A stretch of 36,339 nucleotides of DNA from Candidatus Sumerlaeaceae bacterium (lineage in GTDB: Bacteria > Sumerlaeota > Sumerlaeia > Sumerlaeales > Sumerlaeaceae): positions 1-36,339 of the forward strand of contig JBPCLP010000051.1 of assembly GCA_051003195.1 (NCBI GenBank), given 5' to 3'. Position 1 is the stretch's first letter; each line of letters opens with the position of its first letter. The position numbers and the translations under genes were made by a program. The notes beneath the pieces are model-generated. The model had not been told where the DNA came from, ran no database searches, and saw nothing but the letters and a program-made list of their open reading frames with translations. Positions 8,271 to 18,046 of the stretch are shown piece after piece.

Positions 8271-10541
8271 CTACTTCGCGGTCTTCATCCGGATCGTCTG
8301 CTCACCGGTAAGGCCGGTCAGGTCCGCGATACCCTTGTCGTCAATCGCGATGCTCTTACCACCGGCGTCAGCAGACTTGGGATTGTATCCGTCCGGCAGA
8401 CGCAACTTGAGCAATGTTTTATCCGGTTTTCGGTCAGGAGCTTTGAAGCGTACAGTCACTTCCCCTGAGCTAAGTTTGGACTCAACGTTGAGTGATATTT
8501 CGCCGAAGGCGGTTGGTGCGCGCTCCATTTTAATTTTCGCTCCATCCCGCAGCCAGTCCTTCGGTGTCGCATAGAGCAGACGCAGTGTTTCTGATTTGCC
8601 GTCATCGTTCAGGTCCCAATCCTGGACGATCATATAGCGCAACATCCACAGCAGGAAGGCGTTGGCGGCGGAGTTTGGGGGCAGATAAAATGGGCGTCCG
8701 TATTCGTCGTTTGGCAATATACCAGATGCCTCGCCGCTGTAGAATGTGCCCGGCGCCACAGCATTGCCTAGCTTGCCATAGAAACTAACCAGCGCGCGGT
8801 CGACGTCATCGCGGCGCAAAAGCGTCTGGGTGAGGCGCAGACCATAGAGGTTGTTGACCGCGTGGCCGCCGATATAAAGGGGGGTGCGCGGATGCGAGCG
8901 CACCATGCCCATGCTGAGTCCACCGCGCTGCTGAAACGTTTCAAGCAGCCATGTTTCATAGTCCGCACCCGGGCCAAACACCTCGGAACCAAGCACGTAC
9001 GGCGCCATCAGGCAGTAGTAAGCATTGAAGTGGTCGCTGTTGAGATTCTCGTGCGGCTTTTCTTCGCCGAACAGCGCCATCGGGACGAAGGGCGGTTTGA
9101 AATCGCGGTATACGCTTTTTTCCACGGCTTCGAGTATGGCCTTTCGGAAGGACGCGGCCTCGACCGCAAGCCCATCTGCCTCCGCTGTCTTACCGCACTC
9201 CGCTAATACGGCCGCCATGTCCCGGATTCCCCGCCAGCAGTTCGCGTTTACGTTCAGCGAATGGACGAACGTCGGGATGTCACCGGCATAACGCTCTTTC
9301 GGCAACAGTCCTGTCGACTTGTCCCGACTGTTCAGGATTTCCTGCACCTCGCGGTTCCATCTCGGACGCTGCTGCTCAACATAGTCGCAGTCGTGCGTCA
9401 GCCAGAACGTGTGCGCGAATAACTGCAGCGCGAAAGCAGCCTGGTGATTCGTCAATTCGTTGCGCCAGTAGTCCATTACGGGCGGAGTGGTGCGTTTGCC
9501 GTCTTCCAGCTGGCCGAACAGCATAAGCGAGCGTACGGCATCGCCCCCTTCGGCCGCGTAGAGTTTCTCGTAATTGTTGTTGGCGCTGTAGTTCATGTCG
9601 TCGCCTTTGAGCAAAACGTAGTTGCCCAGCAGCGAAGCGCGCCATGCATCGTTCACAATCGGCTCGGGCACTTCGACCTGCGTGCCGCGCGCGAGAATTG
9701 CCTTCCACGCATCGACACAACGTGCGCGCTCCGCAGCATAAGCTTCTGCGTTCGCGGGCTCGGGCGTAAGGAACAGAGGATCGGTTAAAATGGTGAGGAA
9801 TGCGGGCGAAGACGACGATATCTGCGCAACCAGGCTGCTCCGCTCAGCGTCCCATTTCCAGCCGTCGCTGAACCATATCAGCCCCCGCCCCGCTGCGTCG
9901 CACACGTAATTTTTGCCCACTTTTGTGCCAGTGGTGCCGTCGGGTGTTTTCGGGGAGGTCAGCTCGGCGCGAATTATTCCGCTTCCCGCGGAGGTTCCGA
10001 ACCTCAGCATCATGCCAGCATATTTGATATACGGCTCGCGAACAGGTACGAATACTTCTTCGGTGTACGTGGTGCCGTTGTGCGAACATTCTAACTGCGC
10101 AATTGGAAGGTAACCCTCGGCCAGCCGCGGGTGGGGCGTGGTTGCCTTGTCCAGGCCGAACGTGGTTGCGGTATCGTCACCTATAAAGAATGTAACCGGC
10201 AGTCCATTGTCGTGCCACATCTTCGATTCATTGCGTGGATTGACGGCGCTGCCGTTGCTGACGATGCGCGCTTTGCGCAGGGCACCGGGTGCCCCGAGGA
10301 CAATTGGGTAGTCCTTGTAAGCCGCGGTAACGTAACGCTGCGGTGGGGCGAGTTTCGCGAAGAAATCGTAAGTGGGACCTTCGGGCCTTTGGATTGCCTG
10401 TTCGCCAAAGTAATCGGTCAGAGAGTCACAGGCCGTTTGCAGCTCGGGAACCTTTGCAGATATGGCCGAAGTCTCGTCCATCGCACAGGCCATTGAGCCG
10501 AATGCGACCGACGCAATTACTGAACACAGCCGCACCATCAT
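8271..10541 (-). CDS. Secreted six-hairpin glycosidase-like protein, substrate unknown
   Basis: 756-aa ORF with signal peptide, helical middle rich in W/Y/D/E, and C-terminal LLYATPKDWL...APTAFGEIS segment typical of (alpha/alpha)6 glycosidase-like proteins. ATGA overlap with the upstream stop. Confidence 0.7.
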   Translation of the reverse strand: MMVRLCSVIASVAFGSMACAMDETSAISAKVPELQTACDSLTDYFGEQAIQRPEGPTYDFFAKLAPPQRYVTAAYKDYPIVLGAPGALRKARIVSNGSAVNPRNESKMWHDNGLPVTFFIGDDTATTFGLDKATTPHPRLAEGYLPIAQLECSHNGTTYTEEVFVPVREPYIKYAGMMLRFGTSAGSGIIRAELTSPKTPDGTTGTKVGKNYVCDAAGRGLIWFSDGWKWDAERSSLVAQISSSSPAFLTILTDPLFLTPEPANAEAYAAERARCVDAWKAILARGTQVEVPEPIVNDAWRASLLGNYVLLKGDDMNYSANNNYEKLYAAEGGDAVRSLMLFGQLEDGKRTTPPVMDYWRNELTNHQAAFALQLFAHTFWLTHDCDYVEQQRPRWNREVQEILNSRDKSTGLLPKERYAGDIPTFVHSLNVNANCWRGIRDMAAVLAECGKTAEADGLAVEAASFRKAILEAVEKSVYRDFKPPFVPMALFGEEKPHENLNSDHFNAYYCLMAPYVLGSEVFGPGADYETWLLETFQQRGGLSMGMVRSHPRTPLYIGGHAVNNLYGLRLTQTLLRRDDVDRALVSFYGKLGNAVAPGTFYSGEASGILPNDEYGRPFYLPPNSAANAFLLWMLRYMIVQDWDLNDDGKSETLRLLYATPKDWLRDGAKIKMERAPTAFGEISLNVESKLSSGEVTVRFKAPDRKPDKTLLKLRLPDGYNPKSADAGGKSIAIDDKGIADLTGLTGEQTIRMKTAK

Positions 10542-11368
10542 TTTTCGAAAAACGGGAATAACCAGGTTACCATCTCCTCTGTCAGCTTCTTGCCGTACTC
10601 GCATGCTTCATAGGATTCCGCGTAACGAACCGCGGTGCCGCGCTCCGCACCATAGAGTCGCCGCAGCGCCTCACGGCTTTCATCCGCTACCAGTTTCGAC
10701 GCCGGCTTGCGCTGCTTTGCCAGCCAGTCGCGGCGCTCCTTCGCATCGGGTGGCACCTGCTCAAGGTTTCCGCTGTTGTATGGCAGCCACTCATACATCT
10801 GCGAGGTGTGGCAGTGCAGCATATCGATCTTTGTGTCGATTACGTCATCGATGCTTAGAGCAACGTCTGCCGAAAATGGAACCGGCTTTTGGAAACCGTC
10901 ATGAAAATAAACAACGACCGGCATCTCCATCAGCGCCGCCGTGAGCGGCACATTGTTCGGCACCGTCGCCAGGTAGCAGGCGTCCTGCACAAGCTCGGCG
11001 GCTGCCCGATGGTCCGGGTGATAGTCATTGGGCCGATGGCTCATTACCAGGTCGGGTTTAATCTCTCGCAGCAGCGTGATCATGCGCCGACGAGTCGCAA
11101 GGTCCGGCATAAGCTCGCCGGAGGGAATATCCAGGACCATGTACTCGATGCCGGCAATTGCGGCAGCGGCTTCGGCTTCCTGCTTGCGCCGCGTGACAAG
11201 CTCGATACCGCCGATCTCGTGATGGCCGGTCACGCCGTTTGTCAGCGACACGAAAACAACTCGGTGACCTGCGCGAGCATATTTCACCGCAGTGCCCGCG
11301 GCTTTAATGTCGCAGTCATCCGGGTGCGCTCCGAGCGCGAGGATGCACAACTTGCGATTAGCGGTCAT
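10538..11368 (-). CDS. PIG-L/LmbE family deacetylase
   Basis: AHPDD and HPDH metal-binding motifs; R-x2-EA-x2-AA. Confidence 0.93.
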   Translation of the reverse strand: MTANRKLCILALGAHPDDCDIKAAGTAVKYARAGHRVVFVSLTNGVTGHHEIGGIELVTRRKQEAEAAAAIAGIEYMVLDIPSGELMPDLATRRRMITLLREIKPDLVMSHRPNDYHPDHRAAAELVQDACYLATVPNNVPLTAALMEMPVVVYFHDGFQKPVPFSADVALSIDDVIDTKIDMLHCHTSQMYEWLPYNSGNLEQVPPDAKERRDWLAKQRKPASKLVADESREALRRLYGAERGTAVRYAESYEACEYGKKLTEEMVTWLFPFFEK

Positions 11369-11386
11369 GAGCCGAGAAGCTGGGTC

Positions 11387-12688
11387 TCACCCTGCGGAAT
11401 GCAACAACTTGTCTATCGTCTCGCGTATCACACACTCAGCTCCGGGGCCGACCAGCGCCGGCGGTCCGACTTCGTAGCCGCCGTCGGGGTAGGCGGATGC
11501 AACCGGGATATAGCCGGGTCCACAATCGCCATATCCTGCCACGCATACGAACAGTTCGGGCCGCTGCTGCTGCGTATAGAGCTGGTATTCGACAAACGGT
11601 TCCCCCGGCAACTGCAGCAGGCGAATGTCGTTCATTGCAAGGCACGTGAAGTCGATTGCAGCTCCGTCGCCCAGGCGGTTGCGCCACGTCAGCCCTGCCG
11701 CACCGCGATAGCGGGTGTTGTGTGAGCCCGCAGCATCGTTCAGTAGATTGATATACCACTCGTCGGTATATTCCTCTCGGGTCGGCAGACGCACAGGGAT
11801 GGCATGAAATGTGAACGTGCGCACGAATTCGCGGGTGCTGCTCTCAAGTGAAGTCCGCATTCCGGCAGCGATGCGATCCCGGAGCACCGGTCTCATCTCG
11901 GGCGAGCCGTCATTGTATTTTCCTGCAGCGATATTGCCCGCACAGCCCGTAAAGTACACATGGAAAGCGTCCGTGTCCTGCTGGACGAGCTCGCGCGCAA
12001 GGCCGCAGAAATCCTTCGAAACGCCACCGTCCCGGTAATAGCTCATCGGATGCGTGGCGTAGTAGTGTAAAGCCGCCAGGAGCTTTTTGTCCGACCAGAA
12101 ACTAACTGTTTTCAGGATTGGATCGATCAGCCCTTCGGGCTCATCGCGCAGTTCGGCGTCGGTGCACGAGCTCGTGCGCATTGGTAATAGCTGGCCATCC
12201 GGCCCTTTCATTCGCCGGTTGGACGCAACGTGCTCGACTTTCGTGCGGCCGTGACCCACATTCGAAACCTCCGTCCAATTACCGGCGGCAGCCGCGCGTG
12301 CGGCATTGGCTACGGCTATGCAGCAGCCGTCGAAGAACGCGAGGTCCATCGAGCTGGTAGGGCAGCCGGATGCGCGGAGGCGCTTCTCCGCCTCCGGGTC
12401 GCCGTACATGGCAGCATGCTGGTGTACGCATTGCAGCATCACGCGATCGCGGGACGTGGAAACGGCCTGCGCGATAGCATCCCGCCACTGGTCGTAGCCC
12501 TCATTTCGAATCTCGCACCAATCCAATGCGACCAGCACGATGGGAGGCGCGTCGTTCCACTTGAGGATGATGCCCTTGGCGAGTTGCGCGTCCACAATGT
12601 GCGTGGCCGGCGGCGCGCCGCCAAACATCAATGGGTGACCGAGCGGTGTGGTAATATCGGCTTCAAAAATGGCGAGTTGTAACGGCAT
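11387..12688 (-). CDS. Neutral-ceramidase-like metallohydrolase, uncharacterised
   Basis: ADITTPLG, HQH, ASNRR, IDP, YATHP, GCAGNI and LPGEPFVEY...GYIP...GGYE. Start could also be 12724. Confidence 0.72.
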   Translation of the reverse strand: MPLQLAIFEADITTPLGHPLMFGGAPPATHIVDAQLAKGIILKWNDAPPIVLVALDWCEIRNEGYDQWRDAIAQAVSTSRDRVMLQCVHQHAAMYGDPEAEKRLRASGCPTSSMDLAFFDGCCIAVANAARAAAAGNWTEVSNVGHGRTKVEHVASNRRMKGPDGQLLPMRTSSCTDAELRDEPEGLIDPILKTVSFWSDKKLLAALHYYATHPMSYYRDGGVSKDFCGLARELVQQDTDAFHVYFTGCAGNIAAGKYNDGSPEMRPVLRDRIAAGMRTSLESSTREFVRTFTFHAIPVRLPTREEYTDEWYINLLNDAAGSHNTRYRGAAGLTWRNRLGDGAAIDFTCLAMNDIRLLQLPGEPFVEYQLYTQQQRPELFVCVAGYGDCGPGYIPVASAYPDGGYEVGPPALVGPGAECVIRETIDKLLHSAG

Positions 12689-12745
12689 TACTTGCAGATT
12701 CGAATCTGATGCGGCATTCGCCATGAAAAACTGAGTCGAGGCTTC

Positions 12746-13843
12746 ATGGAAAAAGTACGGGTGGGCGTGGTCGGGCTTGGCTACATGGGTATGCAGCACG
12801 CGCACATGCTGGCAGATGGCAGCGTGAAGCGAGCCGAACTGGTGGCGCTTTCCAGCAGCGACCCTGCCAAACGGGCGCAGTTTCTGGACGTGCGTGGCTA
12901 CGACACCTGCCAGGAAATGGTCTCCTCAGGCGACATCGACGCGATCGTAATTGCCACGCCACACATGTCGCATGTCGACCTCGGTATCTGTGCATTGCAG
13001 GCGGGGTTGCACACCATGGTTGAAAAACCGCTGGCATCGAGCAAAGGCGAGGCGGAGCGCCTGCTTCTGGCGCGCGAAGAATCTCGCCAGGTGTTCGCCA
13101 TCATGTTCAACCTGCGCACGCGACCCATCCTGCAAAAGGTGCGAGAAATCGTAATTTCCGGCGAACTGGGCGAGGTGCGCCGCGTCAACTGGACGGCGAC
13201 GATGTTCTTCCGCCCGGAAGTTTATTATGCCCGCAGTGCATGGCGCGGCACATGGGCAGGTGAGGGCGGCGGGGTGCTGCTTAACCAGGCGCCGCATCAT
13301 CTGGACCTGCTGCAGTGGATTGTTGGCATGCCCGCGCTCGTGCGCGGCTTCTGCAAGCTCGGGCGTTATCATAATATCGAGGTCGAGGACGACGCAACTG
13401 CCTACCTAGAATGGCCCAACGGCGCGACCGGCACGTTTACGGTCTCCACCGGGGAAGCGCCGGGCACGACGCGCATTGAGATCGCAGGCGAGATGGGTCG
13501 CCTGGTTTACGAAAACGATCGCATCTCGTTTCTGAAGATTGCGCAGCCGATGTCGGAATTCGGCAGGGTTCATCCTGACCCCATGGGAAAGCCCGCGATC
13601 GAGGATGTGGCCGTGTCGGCGGAGCTCCACGGCGGTAACTACGTTGAGATGCTCCAGAACTTCGTGGATGCGATACTCGACGGAACAGCATTGATTGCTC
13701 CCGCAGAAGACGGCCTCAAATCGCTCGAACTGGCGAACGCGATACTGCTGTCCTCATTACTGGAAAAACCTGTAACAATGCCGATAAATGCGCCGCAGTA
13801 TGATGCGGAAATTCAGAAGTTAATGCGAAATGCAGTGCCTTAA
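12746..13843 (+). CDS. Gfo/Idh/MocA family oxidoreductase
   Basis: GVVGLGYMG Rossmann motif, IATPH, VEKP, GGGVLLNQAPHHLD and EVED. Confidence 0.95.
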   Translation: MEKVRVGVVGLGYMGMQHAHMLADGSVKRAELVALSSSDPAKRAQFLDVRGYDTCQEMVSSGDIDAIVIATPHMSHVDLGICALQAGLHTMVEKPLASSKGEAERLLLAREESRQVFAIMFNLRTRPILQKVREIVISGELGEVRRVNWTATMFFRPEVYYARSAWRGTWAGEGGGVLLNQAPHHLDLLQWIVGMPALVRGFCKLGRYHNIEVEDDATAYLEWPNGATGTFTVSTGEAPGTTRIEIAGEMGRLVYENDRISFLKIAQPMSEFGRVHPDPMGKPAIEDVAVSAELHGGNYVEMLQNFVDAILDGTALIAPAEDGLKSLELANAILLSSLLEKPVTMPINAPQYDAEIQKLMRNAVP

Positions 13844-13864
13844 CAGATAGCTTCTTCAGCGCAA

Positions 13865-16297
13865 TCAGTGCCTCAGCTCGACACCGAGTTTCTCCTTCAG
13901 GTCCGCGAGCAATTTTTCAATTACTGGATTTACCTCTGCGTCCGTGAGAGTGCGGTCGGGTGCGCTAAAGCGCAACTGATACGCAAGGCTACGCTTTCCA
14001 GACGCGACCTTCTCCCCTTCATACAGATCAAACAGGCGAATGCCCGACAGGATCGCTTTTGCGCGCCGTGCGATGATCTGTTCGATCTCGGCTGCCGGAG
14101 TGCTAACATCCGCCACAAGCGCCAGGTCACGTGCGATGGCAGGAAATTGCGCCGGCTGCCCCGGCGTCGGGACTGCCGCAAGGTTGGCTTCGAGTGCTGC
14201 GAAATTCCCGGAGACGAGCACCACGTCTCGCTTGAGGCCAAGGCTCTCTTTGAGCTTCGGGTGCAACTCACCGACGACGAGCACCCGGTTCCCGCTGCAT
14301 TGCGCGACGGCACTTTTACCCGGGTGGAACAACCCGGCCCCGGCTGAAATGGTTGCCTCAGCGGCCCGGGACCATGTACACTGGTCGAAGTGAAATGCCC
14401 CGAGCAGTGCTTCCGCCACGGCTTTGCCGTCATAGAAGTCCGCGTTCCGTGCAACGCTGCGCCAGGTCTGCTCGGCGGCATGGCCACTGAGCGCCACTGC
14501 GAACTGCGACTCCTCATGCGGCACGCCGTCAACATTGCCTGCGCGATACACCTTCCCCGTCTCAAACAGGCGTAGATCCAGAGAGCCGCGATTGTGGTTG
14601 TATGTGACGGTTTCCAGCAAGCCTGGAATCAAGCTGGTGCGCATGATGGCGTACTCTGCGGACAGCGGGTTCGCCAGCTCGACAGCGGCGGCGATCGACA
14701 GCCCGAGCTTTTCATTAATTGCGATAGATTGAAAGCTGTAATTCGTCACTTCCAAAAACCCGGCTGCGACCAAGGCCGCACGAACACGCGCAGCAATTTG
14801 CGAGTCGGCGGGCAGAAGCGTCGGCCGGCTCTCGATATGCGGCAACTGGGCGCCTATCTCGTGGTAGCCGCGGATACGCGCGATTTCTTCGACCAGGTCC
14901 GCGTCACGCGAAACATCGGGACGGTGCGCAGGCACGCGAACTCGCAGCGCATTTCCGTCCGGCTCAACCTCGAACCCGAGAGCCCGAAGGGGCGACGCCA
15001 TTTCATCGGTCGAAAGCCTCGCACCCAGCAGCGTATTTGCGCGTACAACGGATAAATCAATGATCGGTGCGGGCGCAGGACCGCTGCCGACCTCAAGCGT
15101 ACCGGGAGCGACCGTGCCACCGGACACCTCGGCGATGAGCTGCGCGGCGTGATCGATCACCGTTTGCATCGCCGACCAGTCGATACCCCGCTCGAACCGG
15201 TAGCTGGAATCCGTGCTCTTCGCCAGGCGCTTGGACGTTCGCCGGATCGTCGACGGATTAAAATACGCGCACTCCAGGAAAACGTCCTGCGTCTCGGACG
15301 AGATTTCTGTATTGCCGCAGCCCATGATGCCCGCCAGCGCAATTGCCTTATCAGCGTCGGCGATCAGCAGGTCTGTTGACGTGAGCATGACCTGCTGCAT
15401 GTCAAGTGTACTCACCTGCTCGCCTTCGCGCGCATAACGCACGACGACCTCCGCGTTCGAAACTTTCGCCAGGTCGAACGCATGCAGCGGCTGGCCCAGT
15501 TCGAGCAGAATGTAATTCGTCACGTCGACCACGTTGCTGATGGACCGCAGCCCGGCGGATTCGACGGCGCGTTGCAGCCACAGCGGGCTCGGCCCGATTT
15601 TCACGCTTCGAATAATGCGGCTGAGATAACGCGGGCATGCTTCGGGCGCTTCTACACGAACGCTCGCGGAGGCCTCGATCGCATCGCCCTCCTCAAGCAC
15701 GGTGCCAGTGCGGGCAAAGGCCTTCAGGTCAAGGTGCGGGCGCCCCAGCGCCGCGCCAAGGTCGCGTGCGAGTCCAAAGATCGAAAGACAATCGGGCCTG
15801 TTAGGAGTGACTTTAATGTCGATCAAGGCATCGAACGGCTGTCCTTCTTTGTAGAGCGCGTGCTCGCTGGTCGATGGGGGCAATATCAACAGACCGTCCG
15901 CATCATCGCCCCATCCAAGTTCCCGCCCGCTGCACAACATGCCCTGGCTTGCTTCGCCGCGGATTTTCGATTTTTTAATCGTTATTCCGTCCGGCAGGGT
16001 GGCGCCTTCCAGCGCGAGCGGCACAAGGTCGCCGGGCCCCATGTTTTGCGCGCCACACACAATTCGGTATGCGGCCGTATTTTCGCCAGGCGACACATCA
16101 CACAGCGACAATTTGTCCGCGTTCGGATGGGCGTCGCGAGTCATAATTCGAGCGGCGATTATTTTGCCTGAGCCAATACCCAGGTCTGCCACGGATTCCA
16201 CTTCGAGCCCAAGCATCGTCAGTCGGTCGAGCAACTCCGACAGCGGCACTTCGGCGCCGCCAAGCGTCCGCATCAGCCAACGATAACTTACACGCAT
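13865..16297 (-). CDS. pheT: Phenylalanine--tRNA ligase beta subunit
   Basis: MRVSYRWL start, HPNADKL, IVCGAQN, SQGMLCS, VTPNRPDCLS, GQPLHAFD, RFERG, DLVEEIARIRGY and C-terminal FDX-ACB (RDLA...RTLTD). Confidence 0.98.
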   Translation of the reverse strand: MRVSYRWLMRTLGGAEVPLSELLDRLTMLGLEVESVADLGIGSGKIIAARIMTRDAHPNADKLSLCDVSPGENTAAYRIVCGAQNMGPGDLVPLALEGATLPDGITIKKSKIRGEASQGMLCSGRELGWGDDADGLLILPPSTSEHALYKEGQPFDALIDIKVTPNRPDCLSIFGLARDLGAALGRPHLDLKAFARTGTVLEEGDAIEASASVRVEAPEACPRYLSRIIRSVKIGPSPLWLQRAVESAGLRSISNVVDVTNYILLELGQPLHAFDLAKVSNAEVVVRYAREGEQVSTLDMQQVMLTSTDLLIADADKAIALAGIMGCGNTEISSETQDVFLECAYFNPSTIRRTSKRLAKSTDSSYRFERGIDWSAMQTVIDHAAQLIAEVSGGTVAPGTLEVGSGPAPAPIIDLSVVRANTLLGARLSTDEMASPLRALGFEVEPDGNALRVRVPAHRPDVSRDADLVEEIARIRGYHEIGAQLPHIESRPTLLPADSQIAARVRAALVAAGFLEVTNYSFQSIAINEKLGLSIAAAVELANPLSAEYAIMRTSLIPGLLETVTYNHNRGSLDLRLFETGKVYRAGNVDGVPHEESQFAVALSGHAAEQTWRSVARNADFYDGKAVAEALLGAFHFDQCTWSRAAEATISAGAGLFHPGKSAVAQCSGNRVLVVGELHPKLKESLGLKRDVVLVSGNFAALEANLAAVPTPGQPAQFPAIARDLALVADVSTPAAEIEQIIARRAKAILSGIRLFDLYEGEKVASGKRSLAYQLRFSAPDRTLTDAEVNPVIEKLLADLKEKLGVELRH

Positions 16298-16538
16298 TTC
16301 GAACCTCAGATCCAAAAATGAACTTCTATGGGAACGGTGGCCCACGTCCTATGCAATAATGATTACTGCTACCGGGTGGGCACAACATGGGAGCGGAAAA
16401 GCAGCCGTTGATTCCTGTAGACCATGTTTGACATGCCTCTCCGGGCGCGGCTGTGACATTTAGTATGGCAAAGAGGTTGAAGAGGTTGCCAGCAGCTTTG
16501 CCAAACTGCTCTAACTGAGACTACAGGAGCAAACTGGA

Positions 16539-18038
16539 TTGAGAACAGCGAGCGCAGCAACCCACGCAGGAACTGGCATCAACGGGTTAGATAATATTCT
16601 GATTGGCGGTTTTCCGCGTAACCGCATCTACCTCGTTGAGGGTGACCCGGGTACCGGCAAGACTACGCTGGGTATGCAGTTTTTGTTTGAGGGACGGGAA
16701 CAGGGTGAACGTGGGCTCTACGTGACGCTGTCCGAAACGCTGGATGAACTGAATAGTGTGGCAGACTCCCACGGCTGGACTATGAAAGGCATTGAAGTCC
16801 TGGAACTGATAGCCGCCCAGGACCTCGCAACAGCGGAAGATCAGTACACCGTTTTTGATCCCGCCGAGGTGGAACTGGGGGAGACACTTAGAAGCATTCT
16901 CGCGGAAGTAGAGCGTATTCAGCCCGCTCGTGTGGTACTGGACTCGCTGTCTGAACTACGGCTGCTTGCACAGGGGAGCTTACGCTATCGCAGGCAAATC
17001 CTGGCGCTTAAGCAGTTTTTCGCGGGACGCAAATGCACGGTATTGCTGCTGGATGATATGTCTGCGGGCACCGCCGACCAGCACGTGCAAAGTCTCGCGC
17101 ACGGCGTGGTAAGGCTCCAGCAGTTACCGGCCGAATTCGGCGTCGATCGTCGCATATTGCGTATCCAGAAGGTTCGCGGCGTAGCTTTCCGTTCGGGCTC
17201 CCACGACTTTCATATCGCAACGGGCGGGTTGCAGGTCTACCCGCGATTGGTGGCTGCAGAACATCCCGGTCACCCGTTTGATGAATTTCTATCAAGCGGA
17301 GTGGAGAAGGTAGATGCATTGCTTGAGGGAGGAATCCGGCGCGCAACAAGTACGCTCTTTCTCGGCCCCGTTGGAAGTGGCAAGAGCACCCTGGCCGCAC
17401 AATATGCGCATGCCGCCGCAACTCGGGGAGAAAAGGTGGCGATTTACCTGTTTGAGGAGGGACTGCAGACATATATCGAACGGTGCCAGGGCCTGAACAT
17501 CGACGTGTGTTCGCCGCATCTTTCGGAATTCATCACGGTACAACAGATTGATCCCGCGGAGCTTTCCCCCGGTCACTATGCGGATATCGTCCGTCAGGCG
17601 GTGGAGCTGGATGGTGTTCGTCTGGTCGTAATCGACAGTCTTAACGGATATTTCAATGCCATGCCCGGCGAACGTCAGCTTCTTTTGCAATTGCACGAAT
17701 TGTTGAGCTTCCTCAGGCAACATGGCGTCACGACGCTACTGACTGAAGGACAACATGGAATGATGGGAACCGATATGAGTTCTCCGGTAGACGTCAGCTA
17801 CCTGGCAGACACGGTGTTCTTGTTGCGCTACTTTGAGGCAGGCGGTGAAGTACGCAAGGCGATGTCGATTATCAAAAACAGGACTGGCGGTCACGAGCGC
17901 ACCATCCGCGAGTTTAAAATGGGAGCCGGCGGCTACGTGGTCGGTGAGCCGTTGCGGGAATTCCAGGGCGTTCTTACAGGAATCCCAAACTACGTAGGCA
18001 AGGCGGCTCCGCTGCTAGGCAAGAACGTGGACGACTGA
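16539..18038 (+). CDS. kaiC: KaiC-like double-domain RecA-fold ATPase
   Basis: Two Walker A motifs (GDPGTGKT, GPVGSGKS), Walker B VVLDS/VVIDS, LQVYPRL linker, VSYLAD at the phosphosite position and HERTIREF. KaiC-like; clock function is not implied. Confidence 0.9.
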   Translation: MRTASAATHAGTGINGLDNILIGGFPRNRIYLVEGDPGTGKTTLGMQFLFEGREQGERGLYVTLSETLDELNSVADSHGWTMKGIEVLELIAAQDLATAEDQYTVFDPAEVELGETLRSILAEVERIQPARVVLDSLSELRLLAQGSLRYRRQILALKQFFAGRKCTVLLLDDMSAGTADQHVQSLAHGVVRLQQLPAEFGVDRRILRIQKVRGVAFRSGSHDFHIATGGLQVYPRLVAAEHPGHPFDEFLSSGVEKVDALLEGGIRRATSTLFLGPVGSGKSTLAAQYAHAAATRGEKVAIYLFEEGLQTYIERCQGLNIDVCSPHLSEFITVQQIDPAELSPGHYADIVRQAVELDGVRLVVIDSLNGYFNAMPGERQLLLQLHELLSFLRQHGVTTLLTEGQHGMMGTDMSSPVDVSYLADTVFLLRYFEAGGEVRKAMSIIKNRTGGHERTIREFKMGAGGYVVGEPLREFQGVLTGIPNYVGKAAPLLGKNVDD

Positions 18039-18046
18039 GCGCCAAC

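Noticed and set aside
16413..16528. Nested 8-bp inverted repeats in the pheT-kaiC spacer (tcctgtag/ctacagga, tggcaaag/ctttgcca)
   Set aside because: Short, far apart and matching no RNA family I know; could be chance.
16539..18038. A true circadian clock
   Set aside because: No kaiA or kaiB in the window, and SY replaces the ST phosphosite pair.
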